64,000 nucleotides of DNA from a virus (Duplodnaviria; Caudoviricetes). Position numbers and translations under genes: made by a program. Shown here one piece after another: positions 9,501 to 19,000 of this stretch. Under the pieces are notes generated by a model. The model made no database searches. It was given only the letters and a program-made list of their open reading frames with translations, and was not told the origin of the DNA. The DNA lies in the IMG/VR virus record IMGVR_UViG_3300045594_000287, positions 32,001 through 96,000 of that record. The stretch is one strand, 5' to 3'. Every line of letters begins with the position of its first letter. Positions within the stretch are counted from its first letter, which is position 1.

Positions 9501-12500
9501 TAACAGCGACTATGAAGACAAAGCTTTGTATGATGGTTATTTCGACAAATGGTCTCACAGCTGGTTGCCTACCCCATCGAATCCACTCTCCCCTATTCGA
9601 GCACTATTAAATCCATATTGGCTAGAAGAAAAACATGCAGACGATAGGCCGTATGCAATATCCGGCCCTTTGTTCCAGCAAGGAACGCCCTGGGGCGCGA
9701 TCCTTAATCCAACACTTGGACAAATTATAAAACCTCAGAAGGAACTGCATCCATGGAGATTGAATAACGGCATCGATGCAAAAAACCTTATTCATGAGGT
9801 TAATGAATATATTCACGCTAAGGCGAGAGACCTCGGCGGGCAGAATATGATCGCCTTGAAAGGCAACACGGCTACCCCTGTCAGATTTACTTCGTATGAT
9901 GCACCTACGGAAGATACGACATCTACATCTGTTCAGACAAAGAACGGGATGTTCTCTGACCCAAGAAGAGGAGTTTATGGAGTATATGATGGCGACGGTG
10001 GTCCAAATCCCGCAACTGGATTCACGAAATTCGGTAAAGGGAGCGCAGCCGCTGCATTCGTAGGAGCTCAATCCGGCTTGCCTGGATTACGAGATATGAT
10101 ACGGGCGAAGCTTTCTGGCGGATCCGGGCAGATGCCGGTACAAAATGGTGACATCATGCAGGACAGTAGAGGCAATCTCGGTGTATATCTACAACAGGAC
10201 AAGCCGGCTCCTATTGACAGCAGCTTGAACCTTGAAGACGAAATCGCAATGGATCGCATGATCCGTGGTGACATGGGTGGTATTAAGCGCACGGTCGGTG
10301 AAATCGTTCATGCTTTGAATCCAACCACGATTATCCAAAGATTGAACGACGGTACAAAGAAGAAAGCCGGTCAATCTGTATCACTTCATACGGCAACCAC
10401 TGATGAATTTGATACGGAGCAAGGCTTTATCAGTCCTGATAAGCTTAAAAATTATCGTCCTTCTCAGGGGATGCAACTCTTGGATAACCCAGATGATATG
10501 GCCGAACTTGTCCATGCCGGTAAAGGCTATGACTACGTCCATGATGCAGCCGTATCATGGCGCTTGATTTCTGGTATCTACGGCTATATGGCCGGAGCAG
10601 CTACTGGATTTGGAGTAGATAATAGGAAAAAGGTTGCAGACTCATCAGACATGACATCGTTCAGCAGAACCTTCTGGGATTCAAATCTCGGAGGCGCCGG
10701 CGGAGATATCATGGAGATTGCACGTCGTTTCATTCCTGACTTCCGTCGTTCAAATCGTGTGAGTCCTTTAATGAATGAGATGCCAGATTGGTTGCCTGAG
10801 CGATTCAAGTATGGTGATCCATATACCCTTCTTCCAAAAGGTGAAATGCGATTACCAGGTAAAGGTTATCTAGCGCTAAATAAGCTACATCCTGATCAGT
10901 TTGGTACATATGGTGCATATGATCGATTCAAAATTTTGGCTGATATCGCACCGATGACCCCAGAATACAAGATGTGGAGAACGATTGCCCAGAAGACTGT
11001 GACGGATCCAGACCTCAAAGAGGATATGGATGATATTCGTCAACGTGTTTCTCAACAGGGTAAGAAACATGATTTCTACGAATATAAATCCGTAGGACAT
11101 GGTTTGGACTACGAGACCGTAACGGTATCCAGCGTTTTGGGATATGGTAAATTTCGTTCGGGATCCAGTATCTATAAAGTCGCCGGAGTAAAAGTTCGCG
11201 GCAATGATAACGAGACTATGGACCAAGTGCTTGGGCGGTATCTCCATGTGGGACAAACCGTAACAGTAGCCGTAGATTCAAACCAGGCATATCGGACAAA
11301 TAGAGATACAGACCATACGATAGACGCTGCTGTGTTTGTCGGTGGAGATAATATCTCTAAACAGATGCTTAAGAACGGTGATGCCACGGTTCGCAAAGGA
11401 GACACGTCTTCTGCTGCTATTCTGGCTAACTATGGGCCGATCCAAAGAACAATCGGCTGGGTATCAGAATTGGTTGCTCACACGGATATTCCATGGCTGA
11501 GCGATCAGTTCTTGCGGGTCCGCTCCCCTCTCGAATCGTACAGAGCAGAACAAGTATATGGCACTCCATATCAATCATGGGATCACCCAATTGACTCTTA
11601 TCTAATGCCGGCATGGAATCGTTCCATTCATGGACGTTCCATTATGGGCACTATTGGTACTTATGCATACCAAGCATTACGCGGTGTACCTATGAGTGCC
11701 TGGGATAAGAAAGCACTATCTGCTGCTTATCTCTTCGGAAATCGCGGTGCCTTCATGGGCGCAGCGGTAACTAAAATGTTCTTTGCCAATGATGCGGAAA
11801 AAGTCATGAAGGGCGCGGATATAGGATCGAATCTGGTATCACTAGGGCATGTATTGACTGGTGGCAATAGCTACTTGGACGAAATGTCAAGCGCAGCTTC
11901 AATCGGAATGTCTGTTGCCAAGTACTTTGAAAAAGACAGTGGTAAGGGTGCCATTGCCGGAGCTCTCGTTGGAGCTGCGTATCGCACAGCAAAAGGACAA
12001 GCCGGCAAAGAATGGATACCAGAAAGAACACAGAAAAAATGGGAAATGCAGGATTACTTTGATCGTCTTACCTATATCAAATACACTGCTCTTTATAAGG
12101 CTGCAGCTAAAAAGGCTAAGTCTGAAGAAGGCGTAGACGTAGACAATCTCGTATCGTCAAGAGATTATAGGGAAGAAAAGCGTCAGAGTGCCCTCGAACG
12201 TTTCAAGGGTATAAAAGATGCTCTGCGCGGAACCAAGAGCAGTTACGAGCACAAGCAGATGATGAAGCTCTTGACAGGAAAAATCAATGCGCTCGACAAT
12301 GACACTACGATCATTGAAGGTGGAAAATATACCCATTCCGCTCTTATATACAAGCAAGCAGCTGAAGCTACGATGTATGCTCTGAAGAAAGGGTCTTCAT
12401 GGTCGCAGATCATCACAGCGTTGCCTACCAACGACAGAGAGTATTTTACAGAGTTCGTAAAAGAACGAGACCCTGGCAAGCGCTCTGATATATTGAAAAC

Positions 12501-12957
12501 AGCCTCCCCTGCTCTGAAAAAGGCCCTCAACCTGGCCTGGGGCAAGGATGTCAAGAAAGATGAAGATAACGAGACTTATTTTGCGAAGCATAACCTGCCG
12601 CAACTCAACTGGGCTGGTTGGCGCCCGGATACGGATCTCAAAAACGTAGAAGTGAAAACTATTGCCAATGAAGGTATGAGCTTATCTGATTTTGGTTATT
12701 ACGAATCGCAGCTTAGGGATCCGGACGTTATAAACGCCCCGTCTATTGTCAAACCAAAGCACAAGAACTCCCAAATGAATGGGGTGCGACGTAACCTGCA
12801 GAAGATCCTTGAAGGTCAAGGGTTAAAGAATGTGAGCGTCAACGTAACTGACAATGCTTTTGACGGACACCAAATAAAAGCAGATATAGGACTATTTACT
12901 GGCAAAAGACAAATTAACGGAATGGTAAAAGACCAGATGGACGAGAAAACAAGATAA
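6517..12957 (+). CDS. Tape measure protein candidate (2146 aa) with a degenerate SNase/OB-fold domain
   Basis: Lies immediately after two chaperones, is very large and largely helical, and has Gly/Ala-rich hydrophobic segments. An SNase-like segment is at ~11107-11400. Confidence 0.6.
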   Translation: MTREERLRRQQDMTNRDTSLRSTLTMAGEAAAAFGATAAFIRRTGNMPKIAKGMDMAKDFVSASGNYLPKKAWNDVTFTDTKKMFRDAKSELAKIREDYRLHPVRIDPYSNTSLVGTIHEMNSVLAVPGRTSEAVWRQNTVTAAGRDFMAQNFANLPRTSQEKFNNFISAVSASLDDRRKIAAVRKMAKFDPGEGAISDLLLTHMKQAAASDKAHEATKDITLQNMRSANKQFMKVDNLKKVFGYRKGPNEKSLDFVRKLTKEDDATVGDLLDPKNRDKVAHIPGYRAKKDQQVGESAIEILKNMYKNLKDKDAANHTNEAAEFLKVYVDKGRLKKTDGGELYSFNSPAHIRDKFLDFGAGTLPGQILKLRYFEYNHKAPVFQYIGLGSSDPLLAAAVGNNGKARSSEVGGNYLRIKNNIYHMNENGEANEVKGLEDFRYSSGKFGPGARVLRQIIGDTRYADGGNFITRKLDLFRDREENNGKAPGNGLLSVITKRDDEDWRGNVFKRFLSPTFEQKKAFQQGLIGSDISYSLDYLNKAEHMQNIIASNVFALSREVASQLSKNTTGRAQQLFEALGESDDAKMLDKIMHLSSGSLSTRGDYINADLTNWVEQFNANPQETLNMIRLKDDKEHLNISTSIFDLPSTKGNNQTKDAYEILRTEVAKEAMLQYASQASSDVSKKNYKALIDLVGSLDTDMSKKVEARHMAALAIFQDKTWINERIKGGLTDDGYRSLMNNVEMVMNGSNDEEDKFVRKSFKEVGNAIISPLEQRGEELTLEGPAQYNSWIAMRKMTTPLDFIRSLNDSTKAKAVGKRMFTQFWAGRDNPEDITEATLVPYFMLSRLSDAMNTVGLGFSKESMGSVGQLTKNIMLKRVLPAAVASTYLEWGDDTSQELTGTSVSGAMANGIANIDLASRKVMDTFGLTDWLKGEKSINPIMQYWGGHGEFQSWAERKKYYESGYDPVRKGAWWTFGGVNEARGGEIQYWQPSYARRINSDYEDKALYDGYFDKWSHSWLPTPSNPLSPIRALLNPYWLEEKHADDRPYAISGPLFQQGTPWGAILNPTLGQIIKPQKELHPWRLNNGIDAKNLIHEVNEYIHAKARDLGGQNMIALKGNTATPVRFTSYDAPTEDTTSTSVQTKNGMFSDPRRGVYGVYDGDGGPNPATGFTKFGKGSAAAAFVGAQSGLPGLRDMIRAKLSGGSGQMPVQNGDIMQDSRGNLGVYLQQDKPAPIDSSLNLEDEIAMDRMIRGDMGGIKRTVGEIVHALNPTTIIQRLNDGTKKKAGQSVSLHTATTDEFDTEQGFISPDKLKNYRPSQGMQLLDNPDDMAELVHAGKGYDYVHDAAVSWRLISGIYGYMAGAATGFGVDNRKKVADSSDMTSFSRTFWDSNLGGAGGDIMEIARRFIPDFRRSNRVSPLMNEMPDWLPERFKYGDPYTLLPKGEMRLPGKGYLALNKLHPDQFGTYGAYDRFKILADIAPMTPEYKMWRTIAQKTVTDPDLKEDMDDIRQRVSQQGKKHDFYEYKSVGHGLDYETVTVSSVLGYGKFRSGSSIYKVAGVKVRGNDNETMDQVLGRYLHVGQTVTVAVDSNQAYRTNRDTDHTIDAAVFVGGDNISKQMLKNGDATVRKGDTSSAAILANYGPIQRTIGWVSELVAHTDIPWLSDQFLRVRSPLESYRAEQVYGTPYQSWDHPIDSYLMPAWNRSIHGRSIMGTIGTYAYQALRGVPMSAWDKKALSAAYLFGNRGAFMGAAVTKMFFANDAEKVMKGADIGSNLVSLGHVLTGGNSYLDEMSSAASIGMSVAKYFEKDSGKGAIAGALVGAAYRTAKGQAGKEWIPERTQKKWEMQDYFDRLTYIKYTALYKAAAKKAKSEEGVDVDNLVSSRDYREEKRQSALERFKGIKDALRGTKSSYEHKQMMKLLTGKINALDNDTTIIEGGKYTHSALIYKQAAEATMYALKKGSSWSQIITALPTNDREYFTEFVKERDPGKRSDILKTASPALKKALNLAWGKDVKKDEDNETYFAKHNLPQLNWAGWRPDTDLKNVEVKTIANEGMSLSDFGYYESQLRDPDVINAPSIVKPKHKNSQMNGVRRNLQKILEGQGLKNVSVNVTDNAFDGHQIKADIGLFTGKRQINGMVKDQMDEKTR

Positions 12958-12960
12958 ATG

Positions 12961-12987
12961 AGCAGCTCCAATATGGAGCTGCTTTTT
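12961..12987 (+). terminator. Rho-independent terminator
   Basis: AGCAGCTCC-AATAT-GGAGCTGCT followed by TTTT. Confidence 0.85.
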
Positions 12988-13062
12988 GTCCATATACAGA
13001 TCGCAAAAGGGTAATGAAATAGTTAGTGAATACGTTAATGCAGGTAGACTGCTGATATAGAG

Positions 13063-16000
13063 GTGCGAACATTGAGACAGAATTTTATAAATGACGATTC
13101 AAAGAAAATCGTTGAAAGCAAAGTAAATGATCATATCGGGAAAATCACCAGAAACTCCGTCGAAGAGCAGATCCTTGAAAAAAGCGATAAGACAGATAAA
13201 AATCTGTATAATAAAAATATTGACCAGTGGAGAGAGATTCATGGCGCCGAAATAGCTAATGGACTTCTGAAGTCAACTGACGCGGTTGCGGGAATAAATG
13301 TCAGAGCGATAAAAAATACGCTGACAAACGCTCACAGTTCTCAGATCATAATGAATCCTTCTGAACTTTACGGGGAAACTCGTAAAAGTCGTTACCTCGA
13401 AGCAGACGTAAAAGAAGTCTACGAAAAAATGGGAATGGATGCCTTCGAGCACGTCCTTGACCTGAATGAAACTGGAAGCAAATACTTTGTAGGAAAAACT
13501 GCAACCAGTATTGCATTCCAGCATACTAACCGTGGTGTAAAACAGAACTATGACAGAATGATGGCCGGAATCAAAAACTCCGAAGAAAAAGGCCTGTTCG
13601 TAGACTGGGATACAGAAACCATGAGCGGAACTAATAAATTTGGAAAACAAATAGTCGACCAAATGACAGAGTTTACGTTCAAAGTTGCAAATTACGATGA
13701 CGGATCTATTGTAAAAGGACGTTCCTACGGCTCGATCATCGGTGCCACGGAAGCACAATACAATGACTACTTGAAAAAAATTGAACGCTATGAAAATGGT
13801 GGATCGCTTTCAAATTTAGATAGAGTTGAACTTAACCGCTTAGCTTTGATGGGTAAAAGCAAGGTCAAGGAAACCGAAAGCGGCATCCATAATTACTCCT
13901 ATTTCGCTGGTGCGGAAGAAGTAGCTGAAAACCGTTCAGAGGATATGCGTGCCGGCCTCGAGCAGTTATTTGGTATAGGTAAAGCTCAGCAAGCAAAAGG
14001 CGCCGTAGAAGAATATGGCGGGCAGAAAATGTTTGCCTGGGAGAAAAAACTATTCCAGGGCTTAGATGAAATCATTCAAAATGATCTCACTGCAGTCGGA
14101 CACAATACACTCACATTCGATAACGGCGTTATGCTTCATCAGTTGCAGCATGGAATGTGGTCTGCAGGCGGCAAGGCATATGCTGACCAAATGCTTAAAG
14201 CTACCAATGGATTGCATTTTGAGCATGAGAATGATACTATCGCGATGATTCGTCAATCCGTTCCAGATCGTCTTCAGATTTATCGCAATGCCGACGGTAC
14301 GTTAAACCAAGCAGCAATGCAGTACAACAAAGAACATGGTCTTACACTATTCCAGCAGGAAGCGATTCAGAATGCAATGAATAGTGACTTCTATGCTTCT
14401 ATTGGTGCTGCTCATACGTCAGATGTCGACGTACAGGCAAATGCTATGATGTACGCTTCAAATAAATTGAAGCTCAATACGGAAGAATCGTTCTTCAAAG
14501 GAATGCCGGAGTCTGCTCCATCGATCCAGCTGACTGGAGGAAGTAAGCAGCTACTGTATGCAATGGAAGGCGGCGGCATAGAATATAAGGGACTGCTGGG
14601 TTTTGTAACAGATCCATTGACTGGAGATATTCGCACATCTGATAAGTATCGGATGAGTAAAGTACCTACGGGCGGAGAAATGGCTTCAGAAGTAAACAAA
14701 GACTTCTTTGCCACTGGCAACATTCACAAAGGTGTATCATACACCATAAGCAATGCAACAAAAGTGGAGACGTCAGACGAGTTCCGCGACCTTATCGGGA
14801 AATATAGGCCGGGGATGGATGTCCGCAGTCTGGTAGCCGTACAACTTATGCCGGTATCCAATTCAAAAACAATGCGGGCAAAAACACCTTACACTTTGAT
14901 TGGATCCATGACCGATGTGCAAGACTATATCAATCATACTTTTTTGCATACTGGACATGCCGTTGAAGACTCCCAGGGACATAGAACCTGGACTGCCAAT
15001 GGCATTCCGGAAGAATCGAGACGACTTCTTCAGGTAAGAGAATTTGCCAACGACGGTGTCCATGCCGGATTTAAGGATTATTCTCTCGAAGACCAGCTTG
15101 CTGAAAGCTCCTATCGTCTTACGAATGAATCTGCTGCCAGAGTAGTCCGTGCGCATGAACTGAAAAAAGACGTTGGCGTATTACGATACGTTCAGGATAT
15201 GGATAAGTATGCCCGGGAAAACGCTATCGATCCGACTGATGAATATCAGATGGAAAATATGCGGCAAAAATTCCGCGACAGCGTATTCAGCCGTTCAAAA
15301 AGCATCGAATCCAAAATTCGCAGTGGAAAAGGGTACGAAGCAGAAGAAATGGTTGGAACGTTCCACGACTATTTCGGGTATATAGATCGTGATACGAAAA
15401 ATCCAATGGTATGGTCAGATACGGTCATGTCAGCTCTGGATCGCGAGGGATATGTTCGTAAAAACCAGCAAGTGATTTCCGGCGCTATTAAACATGCCTA
15501 TGCAAGAGCAGGCGAGTCTGTTACTGATCAAGACATTTCTCATATGACTGCCCTTCAGAAAAAGAACAAAGAAGCTTCCGCCTACTATAGAATGTACATG
15601 GAGTCTGCTACAGATGCAGCTATCCGTAAATTTGGATCAGGCCGGCCCGTAGGGGAGCATCGGATGGGTATCCATACATACGAACTCAACCAGTTTGAGT
15701 TTGACATGAATGGTTACAAAGGGAATTTCAATCCAGACAATGATATATTTAGTGTCCATCTCGGTGAAAATGGCAATACGATGGTCAATCGTTTGCTGCG
15801 TCATCAAGGCTTGCGCACAGACATATCTGATGAAGCAAAGATTGCCGAGCTGCGTAGATTTCAAAAATTTATTGGTGGATCCGAAACTCTCAGTGAGCTG
15901 AATTCAACCAGAAGAGAACTTCTGGAAAAAAACAACTTAATCAACATTGGTGAAGATACAATAGACTCTGCTGCAACGAAGATTATAACCCCGCTGCAGA

Positions 16001-19000
16001 ACTCTCGTCAGTACCAGCCGGCAGGCGGTCGTATTACTCCTACGCTGAAATACGAGCTTGCCGCTTCCATGGAGAACATGGGACTTGATAACCCTGAGGA
16101 GGTGTTGTCAAAAGCAGATAAAACGATCCCCAAGATTTCTATATATAGTTCTAAAACTGGCGCAGACAGCTATGCACACGATATCGTTAACAGCGTATTG
16201 TTCAACGATCTTGATGGGAAAACACTCGATGAAGTAAGAGACGACCTCCAGGAGTATGGATATACTCGTGAGCAGGCAGAAAAAATCATCGCTATGAGAG
16301 AGCAGCGCAAGGCTGATGCGCAGCCGTTCATGAAACGACTGATCGAAAGTGTTCAAAAAAATGGAGGCTCAATCGGATATAACGCAGAAGATCGTGAGGT
16401 GTTCGTAAGCCATAAAGGGAAGACAACAAAATTAAATAATCTTCCCATGGATGAATACTCCAATGGAATGTTCTATACCAGGGTGAATAATTCAAAAGTC
16501 CATGCATCGTCAGGATTCTACGCTACTGGAAAGTATAAAGATGGAAAAGGAACTTTGAAGTTCGGTTCATCGTTATTGAAAGCTGGAGACAGCGTAGGCT
16601 GGATGGATACAGCTATCGCCAGAGGTGCTGAAAACGGAGACCTTGGAGATGAGGTAAACAGCGTCCTTAGTGGGTATGCGAAGGTTATTCGTGAAAATTC
16701 TTCTATCATGGAAGAAGATCTTCAGGACATGCGTGGGCAGTTTGACATTAACTATCGCGAAGTAGCCCCGTTTATCGAAGATAACTGGGATCAGATATCC
16801 CAAAATATGGTATTTGATGATTCGCCTCAGGGGCAGATAAACCAGATTCTAAGAGATGCTGCGATGGACGGTAAACTTAGTGGTGACCGGCTTAACTTTG
16901 AGTTGAATTCTGCCATCATCCAGAATGCAGACAACATCTTGCCAGTAATGGCACAAAAATATGGTGGAAGCTATGCACAGACCATTATGTCTGGTTTTTC
17001 TCTCAATATGAAACATGCTGGAGAACTTAAGGCCAGCGCAACAGAAATAACGAATTTTGGCGACGACTTAGATAGTGGTAAGCGTGACGTAGCAAGCTTC
17101 ACAGGACGTGCTTACAAATTCCGCGCGGATGGAAAAGTTGATGGTGTTCGTATAGGACAATCTGTAACATCTGAGATAGCAGGTAATTATGCAGAAGACG
17201 CCGGCGAAGGAATCTCATACGGTGTAGATACAACACTTCGTACTGGCCGTGTACGAATGACAACCAGCGGGCTGCGTAATCTCGTAAATAGTGCAGACAT
17301 CGACAATGACTATGTACGAGACGTGTTGACTGGAATACATTTGGACGAAGGATCTGCTGCTGCCGATCCTAGACTTATAGATCAGTATTTCACTAGACGT
17401 AAGTCTATGCAGAGAATCGCAATGCATCGAATCTTTGACATGGACAAAGATACAATCGATAACCTTAGCACGAAGCAGCATACTGCTCCAATTCTAAACA
17501 TTGACCCTAAAACGGGTAATATCAGTTTCACGTATTCGAACGGCCTATTCGTAGAAAGCACAGACTTGTCGGGAGAAAGCCCGATTAGCGTCAAAGGATT
17601 CCAGGGTGCAAAAGAAGAAGTTGCAATCAAAGAAGCTGGTTTGTTCAACGTTGGCTTCTTCTCGAAGAAGGGTAATCTTTTTGCTGACCAGCAGAGCGTA
17701 ACAGATCTTTTAAATAGCAAGAAATACCATGGCCGCATCGTGAATGCAGAAGATTCGCGTCTAGAGGCTCTTAACGTCCTGAATGAAGTATACAACGCTT
17801 CGTTCTACAATCTGTCACTGGATGCCAACGGAAATACAAAACTCGGAGAACAAGCAGAAAAAGGCATGTATAATGCCCTATTTGCTACGCCTGGAGCAAT
17901 AGATAAACGTGTAGGAAGCACATTAGACCGACTAGGCCTTAGCAGCATGAAGGATCTTGTGCCGAGGTTGGATTTCATCGAATCCCTAAACGCGAAAGAT
18001 ATATCAAAAACTCCATTGGGAGCAATGATCAGTGCAAAAGCTGGACGTAACGTATCTCATGATGAGATTCTAAAAGTAATCGGCAGTGAATTTAACAGTG
18101 CGAAAAGCATGTACGATGCAATGATGGAAGAGCGCTATAAGCCATGGGATACGCTCGAAAGTATTGCTCGTAATGCTAATGTTATAAAAAATGGAGAAAC
18201 GGTCCATGCTTTCAGCAACACGATTGCTGCAGAGAATAAGCATTTAAACGCACGATCCGTCTTGAGAGTTACAGATAACCTCCTCGAAAAATATAATGGG
18301 GATGCCCAAAAAGTCGCATCATTGCTGCAAGAAGCAATGCCAGGGATTCACGTTGGTGGCAGCGGGCGGCTGTATCACAGTGGAGATATTGATATTGATG
18401 CTGTGATGGAAATAGCGAATAAGGAACTTGACGGCAACGTAAGAACCTTCTACACAAATGGAAACAAAACCATTTCAGCAGAACAATTCAGCATGCTTCC
18501 TGAAGGCGAAAAAGGAAAATGGAAAAAGAACGAATCCAGTTATGCATACACTGAATTAATGCAGCTCCCAGACCAGGACCGTGAGCGCTTAAGTGACGAG
18601 AATGGAGTTGGCAAGACCCTAAAGATGGATCATCGTACCAAGGCAATGCTTGATACCCAGGTCTACAGCAAAGAAGGTCTTAAGAATGTTCGTAATGGCT
18701 TTGTTGATTCAATGGGCAAAGAAGCTGGCGAAGCTCAGTATCGTAAGTATTTTATGGATGCCCAAAACGGAAAACTTGTGGCTGAAGGACTTAGCGACAA
18801 GATAAACGATTCAAGGTATTATGATCCAGGAGATAAACGCGTTGCTATCGATGGAGGACAAGATTTAACTAAAAAAGACAAAGAAGAAATAAGCAAGGCA
18901 AAGGAAGAGCTTAGAAAATCTGGAATAAACAAAAAGATTGCTGACCAGATAATCGAAGAAGCTCGAACCGCCGGAGTTAAAGACGTTGGCGTAGGGGCTA

